A stretch of DNA of 64,000 nt from Octopus bimaculoides (GCF_001194135.2 NC_068983.1:134195525-134259524); one strand, 5' to 3'. Positions 26,856 through 41,680 are shown, counted from the stretch's first letter. Notes: a model not told the origin generated them from the sequence alone. Numbers and translations: made by a program.

Positions 26856-29800
26856 GTTTTCTTTCATCTGCTATTTAATTTTAATGACAAATGACCCCTA
26901 CCTCTAGTTTTCATCCCTACCACCAGCCATCACCACCATCTCCTCACCGTTGTATCCTGTCTCCACCGTTAAGCCGGACATTATATTACCTGGGTACAGT
27001 ACAAAGACACCATATCACCGTCGTATGTTTGTTCTAAATTAATTGTATAAAAACACAACCTTCCGTAACAGCTTCCGATCATCATACTTTTTTTAATTTT
27101 GTTTCTATCTTTGACGGTTTGTAACGACGCATTGCTCACTTCTTTGCTGATGCGGATGTTGCTATAACCCTGGCTTTTGCTGTAGTTTTGCTGTAAACAG
27201 TTTAATGGAATAAAGGTCATTGGATTATTGATTTATTTTTTGTCTAAACATTTACCCCTGAATTTCTAAAGAAGCCGAGAAAAACCGATTTTGATATTCG
27301 TGCTTTTTCTAAGGGCATTAATTAGCAGCATAACTGAAGTTGGGAATCGAAACCAGATTGCAGGCTCGATCAACCAAAAGCTTTAGTTAGGGGAAATATT
27401 TGATTCGTTCATCCAGGCATTAAGACCCTGTATTTTCAGGGACGGCTCATGTAGAATGTTATGGAAATCATATCGTTCTATAGAATATTAACGACATAAA
27501 ATTTGACAAAAAGTTTATTTCTTTTCCTTCAGAAAACAGGCCCTAGAGTTAACAGGAATGCTGTGATTTCATGTATTGTTAAAACGTAAGACTGACTTTA
27601 AATGGAATTTTAATTTAAACTGTGTAGTGGTGCTGGTTTGCTGGAAGATTCTTAGTGGGTCTTCGAGACTCGCAACACAAGTGAAAACTTGAAGAAAGGA
27701 ATCTTTGAAATTCTGTAACCTTATGTATTATGTGTATTATATGACTGAAATGTGATGTAGTGTAATTGAGTTGAAATGGTTCAGCTTGAAAGTAATTAGT
27801 CACTTGAAAAACAATAACTCACTTTTACATACTTAGGTACATTGGCAGACTTAGGTAAAGGAACACAACGTCTTTCACGAATTGATATATGTAAAAAAAA
27901 TAAATTGCATTTGTTTTTATCCTTTAGAATTTGATATTGATCTTAGCCATTCCTTTAAATATCTCCTGATTATTGGGTAAAAATATTTCTTGTCGTTATA
28001 TAACACTGCTTATTCTTGTTACTCTTGTTTTGTTTAAGATGCTAATAAATAAAAAGCAGATAGATTACAAAAGACATAGAGAAAATCAGTAACTAAGTAA
28101 TGAAGAAGTTCTCCTAAAGAAGTTTTTAAAGAATACGAACTAGCTAAAGTAAAATTTCCTTCGGACAATAGTTAAAATTTTTTTAACTCAACGCAGGAAC
28201 TTACTAGATACGAAAGAAGGAAGAGAAATCAGCAATATAGTAACCAATCCACTTCAACTAACCCCAACTGGAGAAAAACATGTATATCATTCAGTCTCCC
28301 TCTTCCCCTCTCCCTCTTTTGAGAATATGTAAGGAATCAATACAAGGCAAAGCTTTGAGTAAGATGAGTCTACTACCCAAATTTGATTCTTCATTTCAGT
28401 TCTTCTACGACGCTAATGTCTTTGAGAAAAACTTAACGTTAGAACTTCTAAAATTTCCCTTCTCTAGAAATAAATTTTCATGCAGGAAATGAATGTTAAT
28501 ACTGGAAAACTTCGGTCTGCAAAATGTTGGTGAGTTTTTTTTATACATCGTCACTATACGGACAACAATTTGTGTACTTGACAGAGCAACATATAATCAT
28601 TGAACTATGATTGTATAGATTGTTTTCATCATTGAAGGAATCCATGTTTTTGCGAGTGACTGTTTCATCATGAAATACGCTGATAATATCATCATTTACA
28701 GAAGCCACAACATTGATAGCTGATGATAGCTGATGATAATACTCGGTAAAATCCGGAATTAGAGGATACTAGTGATGGTCTATGTCAGTAAAAATTATTT
28801 CATAGATGTGTTCACTGTCTTGGTTTGAACTCTTCAAAAAACTCTCCTGTAACTGAGGAAGTAAAATTCACTGGATTCCGTGGGCTGCCCCGAAATTTAT
28901 TTTATCATGTCATTTTCATCCGATACGATTTCACCACTATTTGAAAGCTCAATGCTACGATTAAAGCTCAGTTATTTCCTCCCATCACAAACACAAAGAA
29001 GATAACTATTTCTTTACTCTCTTCTCGATTCACACATTTACAGTAAGGTCTAGTTTCGTGGCTCAATTCCAAAATGAAGGATGTGTCCCAACTGTGTTCA
29101 TGATCACCAAACAGTTCCATGATCTTGCAACCTGACAGTAATTTGTCTTACAAAAAAGCGCGAAATGTGTGACTAACAGCCTGGTAGTGTTTCCTTCTAA
29201 TGGATAAAACCACGGTCTCAATTTTTCCCCACTTTGCTATTTACATTAAAGCTGTAGTCAGAATCCCTGTCAAATAACTGGAATGTGGAAAACTGAATAA
29301 ACTGTAGAAACTTTTAAAGTAACGAAATTTTGAAACTGTAGCAACAACCGTGAAATTAAACTTCCAAATGGTTTCAAACTGTTCTGGATCATGCCATTCT
29401 GCTTAACCAAATATATTACAATCATTTTTGGGGTTTGCTGTTCCAAGATTATCAGTTTATGTCCATCTCGTTGCCTACTATTAGAGTTCAATTCAGTAAA
29501 CTAAACATTTGACTTTCCCAATAATAGTCTTCGTGATACTTCGGCTTCAAACTAAATCAAAGTTTGACCGCTCCTGAAGTTTTTCATGCTCCTCAAACTG
29601 TGAAACAATTTCTGACCAGTTTTGATTATATATAGATGTAATCCAAATGTGAAGAAATTATATAGCTTCCCATAACAGCGAACAATTGTCATTAAGACCT
29701 AAAAGTATTAATGTAGAAAAAGGGAACTCTAATACAAGAAGACAGGAGTTCAACATAGCTACAATACCATCAGCAGGGGTGTGAGTTTTCACTTCGTCCA

Positions 29801-30282
29801 TCAAACTTCAAATAACATTCTGCTCTCAGTAATGGCGTATTGTAAACAAAATTTTGCGGCTGATTCTTAATTTCATTTCCAACGTTTAATTGTAGTTTAT
29901 GCCCAACTTTGACTTTATTTCATAAATAGCGTAAATACGATTGTTTATTAGCTGCATGCTTGAAATATACGAATAAATATCGAAATGTGCAGCTACAAAT
30001 GACTCTATCTTTACATGCATATGATATCGAATACTTATCTTTAGCAGATTTTAAACTTTTAACCTATAGCTTACTTTGAATATTAGTTACTATTAGATAA
30101 TTAACTTTAGAAAGAATATTCTATTCTACCATCGGGTAGAAAACAAAAAAAGTAAAGGAGAATGATAGGCCGACTGAATGAAACCATGCTCACCCCATCA
30201 CTTACACATTCCATTGTGAAAGATGTCGGAGTAGAATTGCCTGTCGAATTGTTTTTAAAGGTGAAGGTCAAAGAGTCACAGA

Positions 30283-30378
<96 letters not shown>

Positions 30379-30559
30379 NNNNNNNNNNNNNNNNNNNNNN
30401 NNNNNNNNNNNNNNNNNNNNNNNNNNNNNNNNNNNNNNNNNNNNNNNNNNNNNNNNNNNNNNNNNNNNNNNNNNNNNNNNNNNNNNNNNNNNNNNNNNNN
30501 NNNNNNNNNNNNNNNTATTATTATTATTATTATTATTTTATCATTAATATTATTATCAC

Positions 30560-30613
<54 letters not shown>

Positions 30614-30916
30614 TGCACTTTGATCATATATCAAAAGCCGCAATAATTTTAAGAGCAACAATGCTTCAAACATTACAACACTACGCAATAGCATTCAAAT
30701 ACATAAAAAATGCATGAAGTTATGCCCGCACACACATACGCACACGCACGCACACACATATTCGCACATACTTAACATACATACATACATACATACATAC
30801 ATACATACATACATACATACATACATACAAACATACATACATACATACATACATGCCATTTCAAATCTAGGTATACAGATGTGCGGAAATATATACTCCA
30901 CAGGTATATAAACACA

Positions 30917-30981
<65 letters not shown>

Positions 30982-31014
30982 TGATGATGATGATAATAAT
31001 AATAATAATAATAC

Positions 31015-31045
<31 letters not shown>

Positions 31046-31523
31046 AATAATAATAATGACAGTAACACTGATGATAAAAGTAACAAAGAATGCGGGCGGT
31101 GGAAATGTAATGAAGAAATATGAGGAAATCTAAATCCTAGAATGATGGAGTTGAATGTCATCATTCAGTGGTTATTCGGCAGAATAAATCTGACAGGAAG
31201 ACGTGGTTAGGAATAAATTGCTTCCTTATCTTAAGCCAATTATTAAGATTCTTCTCTGTAGTCTTAATTTTACCTGAGGGCTACTGTAATTATATACGCA
31301 ACGCTACATATAAACGATATGGTTATTAAATCCAGGAAACTGTAACACAATGACATTACAAAGATTGTATCTTTGTGTGCGCGCGTGCGTGTGTCTATGT
31401 ATGTGTATGTGTGTGTGTATGTATAAATAAGTGTCTGCCTTTGTACCATACATGCATATAAGTACGTATGCTCGTATGCAAAATATACACTCACATATAC
31501 ATGTGTCTCTGTGTGTGTAATCC

Positions 31524-31576
<53 letters not shown>

Positions 31577-31585
31577 CACATATAC

Positions 31586-31667
<82 letters not shown>

Positions 31668-33387
31668 ACGTATGTATGTATGTATGTATGTATGTATGTA
31701 TGTATGTATACAGAGATTTTTCAAATAACTTTTATACTGTTAACCAATCAAATCCTTTTGTTCTATTTTATTCATTTAATGTTTGCCATCATATTCAAAT
31801 ATCTCCTCAACATGCTCATTAAATATTGTTTTTGTTCAAATTCTCATAATCATTTGGAAATTCGGAAACGAGAAACTTAAGGTAACAATCTATGAAGCTT
31901 CAGTTACCGCTGCTGAGACAAATTTTCTTATCTTTCTAAAATCTGCTTTTTTAACTCATCGAGACCATAAGGGATGTTATCTCGGGACAAATACTGCATT
32001 ATATGGCCTAATAGTTGTTTGAGATATCTAACTAGTATTGGAAACCTGCGCTTGATGAATGTAACGTAAGCTGGATTGTTAAATATACGCATGCAACTAA
32101 AACGTAGAACGGGATGTAATTACAAAGATCTCTGGAGCAAATGGCGAATTTTATTTTAGATTTAACCGTCTCCAGTCACATAATGGGTCTTGGAACCGGC
32201 AAACTTACGAAATATTTGTTTATCATGCAGTGTTCGTGCACTTTTCATAAACGGCCTATACTGTTTATACTGCTAAATAGACAGACCCACCGAGAGGTTA
32301 GACATATGTATACTCAGAGTGTCCGTCATTCGGTTAACAGTTGACTCAACTAATTTCTCACTCCAAGAGGGCGTGTAAAGAAATCTGATCAAATATTCTC
32401 CGCTTGACGTCCACACTTCGACGATAATCGAGACCAAAGTTACCTCCCTTAAAATAAATACCAACTGTTGCCGATTATTTCCCTTCGCATTCAGTTTACT
32501 TTTACATTAATATTTTTTATGGTTCTTTTTGTGTAATTTACATATTTACACACATTTTGTCTTTGCTCCTTTCTCTTGCTTTCTTTCTCTCTCAATTCTG
32601 TATATATCTACATAAAAATAAGATCACAGGATTTGGCAGAAAAAGTAGCCAAATCTTCCTCGAATCCCACTCTGCTTGCTGGTTTGAGAAAGGAAAGGAT
32701 ACATTGGATAATGTAGTCTTATTTAATTCTAAAAAGATGAGGTGGTCATGGTCAGAAGATTCATTATGTGATGTGTCTAAAAACAAACATCATTACTACT
32801 ACAAACAGTAGTAAAATAGTGGCGAAAGATTTTTATTTATTTGTTTATCTTTAATGGGGAGTAAAGAAGTCTTTCTTTGGGGCTTCTAGGACTGGCAATA
32901 GAAAGGTGAGCAAGTTATCTTCAGACAGGCGATCTGGCCCAAATGTTGCAACAGAATGAATTCTACTGAAAGCACCCCGGCGGTGATGTTTAAAACACAA
33001 GACAGATTGTCAACCTGTTGTTGTTAGTGTTGCTGCTGCTAATGTTGTTGTTGTCATCATTATAGATGTTGTGGTTTACCTCCTAAATCGCACGGAGGCA
33101 TTCACTCGGGACGACGAGGTACAACCAAAGATTCAATGCTTTAACGGGAAGATCCATAAAGAACGAGCTTCTATACAGCTGTTCGACAAGTTAGAAATAG
33201 CAACCTTCAAGTCTCCCTCAAATTTTACTGATGAAATAAAGAAGAATAAGGACATATTAGAAAATGCAGTCGCAGAAAAACCATGTTTGAGAGAATGTAG
33301 ATTAAAAAAAACAAAATCTGAGGTGTCAGTTAAGACATTTTGATAGTAGCGACAGCAGTGGTGATGGTAGTAGTAGTAGTAGTAGTA

Positions 33388-33759
33388 GTAGTTGGCACTC
33401 CGTCGCTTACGACGTCAAGGGTTCCAGTCGATCCGATCAACGGAACAGCCCGCTCGTGAAATTAACGTGCAAGTGGTTGAGCACTCCACAGACACGTGTA
33501 CCCTTAACGTAGTTCTCGGCGAGATTCAGCGTGACACGGCTGACCCTTTGAATTACAGGCACAACAGAAACAGGAAGAAAGAGTGAGAGAAAGTTGTGGT
33601 GAAAGAGTACAGCAGGGTTCGCCACCATCCCCTGCCGGAGCCTCGTGGGACTTTAGGTGTTCTCGCTCAATAAACACTCACAACGCCCGGTCTGGGAATC
33701 GAAACCGTGATCCCACAACCGCGAGTCCGCTGCCCTAACCACTGGGCCATTGCGCCTCC
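33388..33759 (-). mobile_element. SINE family D, full length, tRNA-derived head, inserted in (TAG)n
   Basis: Minus strand: A-box TGGCCCAGTGG and B-box GGTTTCGATTCCC in tRNA spacing, then a long GC-rich body ending GACGGAGTGCCAAC followed by (TAC)n. Confidence 0.85.
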
Positions 33760-34224
33760 TCAGTATTAGTAGTAGTAGGGAAGATATAACTGTCAAAACA
33801 TCCCATGCACATTCTGTATACCTCCAAGCAACACCTACACCTCTTCTTCCTCTCACCATCATCAAACTTCATCATTGTCACCAACAAAATTTTTAGTTAC
33901 TTATTTTTTGTTGCTGCTTTCCTAGATATTGATGTTGTTTTTGTTGTTGTTGTTGTTGCTTTGCTGTTGCTGCTGGTGCTATGATCCTTAAAAGGAATTT
34001 GATCGAAGTAGAAGTTAAAAATACAAAATAAAACCTTTGAGGATGTTTGTTAATAACTTTTGCTTTGTCCGGAGAAATAATGGTGGTGGTAGTGGAGGGA
34101 TGGAGGGATTTCCTTTTTGTGGCTTTTAATTTCAGATCTGCAATTCTCAGGGGAGTGAACTTCGAGTTGGATTGAATCCATTTCAATCTCATTATTTTTT
34201 TCTGTACCACTATTCAATTCCTCC

Positions 34225-34259
<35 letters not shown>

Positions 34260-34261
34260 TA

Positions 34262-34331
<70 letters not shown>

Positions 34332-35600
34332 CTCTCTCTTTTGCACTCCCGCTTTTCCATCGTTCTTTCTCTTTCACATCCTCTCATTCTCTCGCTTTCT
34401 CTTTCTTTTCCTGTTTCTATATCTACCTATCAACCTATTTATCTATCTCTCAATCTCTCTTCACAAACACAAGCATCCGCACGCACACACACAAACACGA
34501 TTGAAGTGGATATATACATAAATATTGTGTGTGTATGTGTTTGTAGTCTGTGTCTGTATGTAATATGCATGTGTGTATGTATGTAATGTGTATGTATGTA
34601 TGCATGTATGTATGTATGTAAGCTATATTTCTTATTCCTCACTTAAAATAGCTCATGGTCGCCATCCTAGCAAACTGAATATATTGATTAATTATAGATT
34701 TTACTAATCAATCATATATGTAATTGTTATATGGACTTGCTTTAAAGTACTGCTATAATAAGTATGAAAACCCGAATAGCCTATTTTATCCAACAACTCT
34801 AGGTCCAGGACATTTTTGTATTAGTTAGAACGAGGAAAATCGGGTTGACTGAAACTTTATATATTGTTCGATGTCTCGCATATACGAGTTCAAATCCTGT
34901 CTTGGTTAACTTTGATTTTGGTACGTCTGATAACAAGTATGAAATGATTTCCATGACGAGTTGAATCAGGGATATTTTGATTTCCCTTAATTAATCTTCA
35001 TTTCACTTTTTCTGTTAATGCATTCAAGAAGGGTGTGAACGACAAACGTCCAGCTCTCCTTGTCATAATATCATGTACTTAAATGACAGTATACTGTGGC
35101 AATAAATCGTACAGAAAATTAGAAATCTTTGTAGAAATAGTGCGAAAGTGTATTAGCAGTGACTCACCTTTGAATATGTTTTATCATTTGACTATGTCCT
35201 CCTCATACAATGGTATCATGCTACTAATTTGAGACAGATTCATATATTTTATTTACTATTTCGGTCACAGGAAGGAATTTTCTATTTGGCAAACCTCTTG
35301 CCAAAAACAGAAATTGAATCTCCATGAAAATAAGATCTGACCGTCTTTAAAAACACATTAAAAACTATTTCATGAATGTCCTTAAAATGATAGCATGGAC
35401 TCGACGGGAATGTATTTGGTCATAAATAAGATCAATCAAAGTTAACTTGGATTTAAACAACAATAAATTCATTTTATAATCTACGTGTGTGTATTTCATT
35501 AATGAATTTCACATAATCTAAACTAAACTTAGGTGTCTATGTGTATGTATGTATGTATGTATGTTTGCATGTATGAAAGATATATATATATATATATATA

Positions 35601-35656
<56 letters not shown>

Positions 35657-35808
35657 NNNNNNNNNNNNNNNNNNNNNNNNNNNNNNNNNNNNNNNNNNNN
35701 NNNNNNNNNNNNNNNNNNNNNNNNNNNNNNNNNNNNNNNNNNNNNNNNNNNNNNNNNNNNNNNNNNNNNNNNNNNNNNNNNNNNNNNNNNNNNNNNNNNN
35801 NNNNNNNN

Positions 35809-35872
<64 letters not shown>

Positions 35873-36208
35873 CATGATCAAATAATAAACACACACACGC
35901 GCACACATGCACACACATACACACACAAGCCTACTGTTTTATGTGTATACCTGCAACTGCATATAGATTCATATTGCTGCATCAAACAATACTGGTGATG
36001 TAAACCAGCTAGCGGCCGAGTGCCAAGTCAATTTGATTGATTTATATACACATGCACACGTGCAAGAAAGCACACATGCACACACACACACACACACACA
36101 CAACACACACGCTCGCACATACACACTATGCAAAACATATATGACAATGTCTTGTTTTAAACAATTTATTTAGCAATCTTGAAGTTCGCCGTTTCAACAT
36201 TTGATTGC

Positions 36209-36281
<73 letters not shown>

Positions 36282-36450
36282 TTAATAGTAGTAGTAGTCT
36301 CTAATTGCTGATATTGGCTGAGGGAAAATACCTCGAAGGGAACGTGCTGCATGCTAAATACAAATGTTATATCCTTCAAGGCTTTCCTTTACTGAATGCA
36401 ATGTGAATATTCATTCACAGTAGTAATTTTACATACATACATACATATAC

Positions 36451-36498
<48 letters not shown>

Positions 36499-36537
36499 AA
36501 TATATATATATATATATTCTCTGTCTCTCTTTCACAG

Positions 36538-38643
36538 ATCTGCAACAGTCAAGTAGAAAATATAAGGAGTTCTCTTGGGACAACTCAGAATCCAACAGCA
36601 GTTCAGAATCCGGACCTTGGTCATACGTTACCTGTAGGCTTTCCAAAATTCTATGCAATCGCTGGTCATCTGAGTAGCCCTGCAGAAAATGTTCGCGTTC
36701 CTCTAGAGAAAACAGTCAACGGCGGGGTTAATAGTGGCTCTGCTGTCGCTGTTGACAGACAACAGCAACAGCAGCAGCAGCAGCAACAGCAACCAGAGGC
36801 GGAAAATGTGTTGCCATTCAATCCCGGTAAGACACGCCCCACTGATCTGGTCGCTAACAGTAGCAACAACAGCAACATCACCAGCAACAATAACACTATC
36901 GTCAATAGTAGCAGTAGCAGTAGCAGTCACAGCATTAATAATAATAACAGCAGCAGCAGCAGCAACTGTAACAACACCCAGAGCGAGAATACTATCTGCG
37001 CCAGGCAGGAAATTTTGGTGGGGAGACAAAACCATGCTTACGAGGATAGAACGGCCGGTGGGCTAGACGTGGAGAAGTCAGTAGCTGCACTGTCGATTCC
37101 TTTACACGAATCAAGCAGCCTTTTATACGAGGCCGACCCCACGAACAGCGACAATAACAACAGCCAAGTACAATTAGACCGACAGCAAAGTTTGATACTT
37201 CAACAACAAATCAATCATCACCATCAACATCATAATCCTCACCATCAGCAGCAGCAGCAGCAACAATTAGACAGTAATATACTAGATTCGTTACATTTGG
37301 AATCTGTTAACACGACTACATCGCCGCCGCCGCCGCCGTTATCGGAAACAGCTACCCGGGGACTAGGAGCTATTAGCGCCAGCAATGGCAGTTGTCCTGA
37401 TGTTACGGTGGGTGTGAACCATGACACTAGTGCCGAAAGAACGAAAACAATCACTACGATTACTACTACTACCGACTCTACCACTATCCCCACCACCACC
37501 ACCACCACCACTAACAACGACAACAACAAAAACGACAACAATAATAACATAGAAGTTTTGCTTCCGACCGCTGATATAGCGAGCGAGTCGCGACTGTCCA
37601 AAATCCGTGACTCCCTCTCACAAACGGCTTGCCCGTCGTTGTTGGACGATACGATTGCCGTGTCCAGTTCACCTAGTGCCAACAAAGAATTAATAGAAGC
37701 TCTTTCCGCTAAAATCCGTCAACGAATGAACGACAATATTAATACTTCGCCTCTCTCTTCTTCTCCTCCTTCTTCATCTACTTCGTCTTCTTCTACTACT
37801 ACTACTACTACTACCACCACTACAACTACTACTACTACCGCTACCACTACAACTACTTCTTCTTCGCCTTCTCCTCCTCCTCCTCCTCCTTCTATTACTA
37901 CTACAACATCTTCCACTATTGCTGCCTCGACCTCTCCGTCTTCTCCTCTTCCTCCTCCGTCTGTCTCTTCTTCCATTCCCTCAACTTCTGTCTCTACGTC
38001 GTCTGCCTGCCCGCTTTCTTCTTCTTCTTCTTCTTCTCCCGCCTCCACCCCCGCCTTGAATTCTATTCCTTCTTCGACTTGTTCTACAACATTAACATCG
38101 ACTTCTCGAAATCCCTGTTCACCGAATTCGACTGGTGTGGCCGCTGCAATCGGAAATAGTAACAACAACATTAGCCTTAACATCAACAACATCAGCGGCG
38201 GCAACAATAACAACAACAGAATCATCGCCCCGATCGTCAGCGTCTCCATAGACGACAGTCACAGCAGTAATACTAATAACCCTAATAACAATAATAACAA
38301 CAATCATAATAACGACAGCTACAACAACCACAACCTTCACCACCGAAACAACAAGAACAACAACGAGGAAGAGAGGGTCGCAGGTGAAAGCAACAATTGT
38401 GAGAATTTGTTCTCAGCAGTTATTGCGGCCGCATCGCCGGTGAACCCTCTGGAACCATCTCATCACTTCCAAGTGCATAACGGCTCCATTTCTGTTCACT
38501 CCGATTCCCATCCCAACATGGTGATGGTCGACGGATCTTTACACCAGCATGGCGTCGACGACACCCAACACCATAACCAACACCATCACCAACAACAACA
38601 ACATCAACAGCAACAACATCAACAGCAACAACAACAACAACAA

Positions 38644-38684
<41 letters not shown>

Positions 38685-39381
38685 GCAGCAGCAGGTCAGT
38701 CAGTTGTACAATTTGGATAGTCTTGACCACACTGGCAGACTCCATTATGTGAAACAGGAAAGTTTTCTGGATGAGTTCGGTGGCGGCGGTAGTAGCAGCA
38801 GTAGCTGCGCCGACCTCGCGGCGGCATTCGATCCCCACCGCTTGAACTCGCTGCCACCGGTCAGCTCAACAGCACTGATGACCACCGCATCGACTCCACC
38901 CGGAAGTGTAGACACAGGTGGTGGCGGGAATGATGGAGGTGGAGGCGGTGGTGGAGTAGGTGGAAACGTCAACGGAAATGCGACTGCTGTCAACGGTGGT
39001 TTGATCACCAACTCACAGGGTCAATGCTTACAAGTACTGCAGCCAGTGCAAGTGCAGCAACAACAACAGCATCACGCTGCAGCTACTCACGGTCTCCAAT
39101 TGCAACAACAACAACAACAACAACGCGCAACCGGACTAAACAATAGTTACCAAGGCAATGATACTTACTTTAATAACTTTTTCGGTCGTGGCACACTGGA
39201 TGGTAGCGGTCAAGGGTCACCGTACGACAACAGGGACATCATGAATCGCCTATTGATGCAACCGGCACATTACTTCAGCGACCAGACAGTGTATTCACAG
39301 ACTATCTATGGCAACAGCCTCCAGTCTCCAGACAGTGGATACCATGAATGTATGTCACCAACCGATGTAAACACCAATACG
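36538..39381 (+). CDS. Giant coding exon (948 codons) encoding a low-complexity, Q/S/T/N/H/G-rich region typical of a transcription-factor N-terminus; possibly Grainyhead/GRHL family (unconfirmed)
   Basis: Acceptor CTCTGTCTCTCTTTCACAG| ends at 36537. The frame is open from ATC (36538; [12 protein letters not shown]...) through the 861-aa ORF-track frame to ACG at 39379-39381, followed by donor GTAAGA. Phase 0 at both ends matches the phase-0 donor at 1764 (...GNDQ|ICNSQ...). It ends in a more complex segment (YVKQESF...YFSDQTVY...[19 protein letters not shown]). Confidence 0.9.
38620..38694 (+). repeat. Coding polyglutamine tract (25 consecutive Gln, CAA/CAG)
   Basis: Codons counted directly in the exon frame. 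Confidence 0.9.
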
Positions 39382-39624
39382 GTAAGAACTTAGATTTATT
39401 TTCGGTTTCGTTGTATAACTTCAGTATTAATGTCTTACTGTTAATGGTTTGGTCTGGATGAAAGGAGCTGAACCCATGGTCACCGAGGGCTCTCCGAGAC
39501 CGGTGAGATCGACGGGAGCGCCTATTTGTATATAAGTATACTGTTATATATCTAATTACCCATACATGTATGTATGTGTGTATACACACACACAGGCACA
39601 CACACATACACACACACACAGATA

Positions 39625-39666
<42 letters not shown>

Positions 39667-39788
39667 TATATACACACACATATATATATGTGTGTGAACC
39701 TGTGTATGTATATATGTGTGTGTGTGTATGTATATATATATATGTGTATATATATATATTTATATATACATATATATATGTGTGTGTG

Positions 39789-39833
<45 letters not shown>

Positions 39834-39940
39834 CACCTGTAAACAGTATAGCTTAGGTAAATTTTTGACAAATGCATTCATCTTCGATAGAAGTAAACTT
39901 GTGTATGTGTCTGTGTGAGAAAGTGTGTCTGTGTGAGAAA

Positions 39941-39984
<44 letters not shown>

Positions 39985-40709
39985 ATCTGTCTATGTATGT
40001 ATACATGAATGCATATATGTATGTATGTTTATACATAAAAACAAGCATGCGTACATGCTTACATACATACATGCATGCATTCATGTATGGATACATACAT
40101 ACATACATACACGTAAGTGTATGAAAAATTTTTTATTCCAAAATATATTATGTCATTAAAATGCCCATTGCCTAATGCGTCTATAATTTATTGAACTATC
40201 AGCAACACATTAGCTATGCAAATTAGGTTCTCCGATTTAATCACTTCTGATTGAACTGGCTATAAATATGGTGTTTTTGTAAATAATTATGAAATGCACC
40301 AAAGGGATTGAAACCATTCCGACTATTTTTATTTTTTATCTCAGTCCAGATTGTATAAAAGACGGTTATTTACAAATTATCCAATGTACTTAAATGTAGT
40401 TCAAATCCGCCCACTGTGTCCGCTAAAAACTTGAATTTATGGTAAATTATGCATCAAAACACTCACTGCTTCACATGTCAATACTATATATAGGAAAGAG
40501 AGCTTCCTTCGTGAAAGATTTGGTTGCTATTTCTAGAAGGTTGAAAGAGTGTGTAATAGGTTCGCTCCGTTTATTCATATTATTCTGCTTGTCACGAAAT
40601 GTTGTTTGAGCGTTTTGATTCTTTAGTAGTTTTAATTTTGGAACGAAATCGAAAACATAAGCGGAATTTTTTACATAAGAAAACAATGTTAGGGAGTTTT
40701 GAATCACCT

Positions 40710-40759
40710 TGGATCTTCTGCTACAGTGGATTTGGTAGATGGAAGCTGAATGAAGCCTG

Positions 40760-40790
<31 letters not shown>

Positions 40791-40975
40791 ACCACTGCTT
40801 AACCTGTGTTGGTTTGTTTACGTATCCGTAAACTAGCGGTTTAGCAAAAATGATCGATAGAATAGGTACTAGATTTAAGAAATAAGTACTGGAGCTTGTT
40901 CATTCGACTAAGCACTTCAAGGCTGAGTCCCAGCATGGCCGCAGCCCAGTGACAAAAAGGAGTAAAAGATAAAAG
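40710..40975 (+). mobile_element. SINE family B, 5'-truncated
   Basis: GTGGATTTGGTAGATGGAAGCTGAATGAAGCC, (TG)n, then CCCAGCATGGCCGCAG tail. Confidence 0.75.
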
Positions 40976-41029
40976 GAAAGATGAGTATAGCAGGAATAAA
41001 AACATTCCTAAAGCGTTTCATTTCTTCCG

Positions 41030-41154
41030 GTCGCAGAGTTCGCATTTGCCTTTCATCCTTTCGGGGTCGATAGATTAAGTACCAGTGAAACTAATCAACT
41101 AGTCCCTCCTCAAGGATTTCAGGCCTTTTGCCTTTGGTAGAAAGGATTATTATT
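41030..41154 (+). mobile_element. SINE family A, 5'-truncated
   Basis: TTTGCCTTTCATCCTTTCGGGGTCGATAGATTAAGTACCAG core and GTAGAAAGGATTATTATT tail. Confidence 0.75.
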
Positions 41155-41603
41155 CGCTGTGGTGTATTTAGTTTTAAAACTTTCTGGAGTTGGTATAATC
41201 ATCTAAAAACTCCTCCCAGGAAATGCGTAGCGCTGTGGCTATGTTACAAACATAGGAACTCCTGAATTTCTGTCACCAAATTTCGAAGTCACGTGTCGTG
41301 ACTTTGTGTGCGTGTTTGTGCGTGCGATAATTAGAAAATTTCTAGCTAAACTTTCACTGTCACTAATTTCAGTTATATCAAGTCCACTTTGCAATGTAAT
41401 GACAGACCCAAAATCATATCAAAAACACCAATAATTATATTTAGTTATTATATTTAGTTATTCATTAAATAATTTAGAAATGGTTATTTTCATCGGTGTT
41501 TCCTTTCCAGCACAGTAATATATATCTGTTCAAGGTCACGAATTTATCTTTCTTGCAGTTTTGGTTGGTAGTGTCAATCATTTCCATCAGCCTACCTGTT
41601 TGT

Positions 41604-41680
<77 letters not shown>

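Noticed and set aside
28660-28705. MKYADNIII, resembling an RT YADD box
   Set aside because: Flanking RT motifs are not recoverable, so a chance match cannot be excluded.
33071-33343. 90-aa non-repetitive + strand ORF with a possible TATAG acceptor at 33065
   Set aside because: It would start in phase 1, which is incompatible with the phase-0 flanking exons unless other exons exist. The donor is weak and I recognise no family.
33700-33759. tRNA-like A and B boxes
   Set aside because: This is a SINE head, with no full cloverleaf or 3' acceptor stem.
38694-38700. Internal donor-like CAG|GTCAGT after the polyQ tract
   Set aside because: Using it would drop the most complex, probably conserved, end of the exon, and there is no matching internal acceptor evidence.
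36703-39011. Antisense ORFs overlapping the giant exon (poly-L/V/E/C)
   Set aside because: They are shadow frames of trinucleotide-repeat coding sequence.
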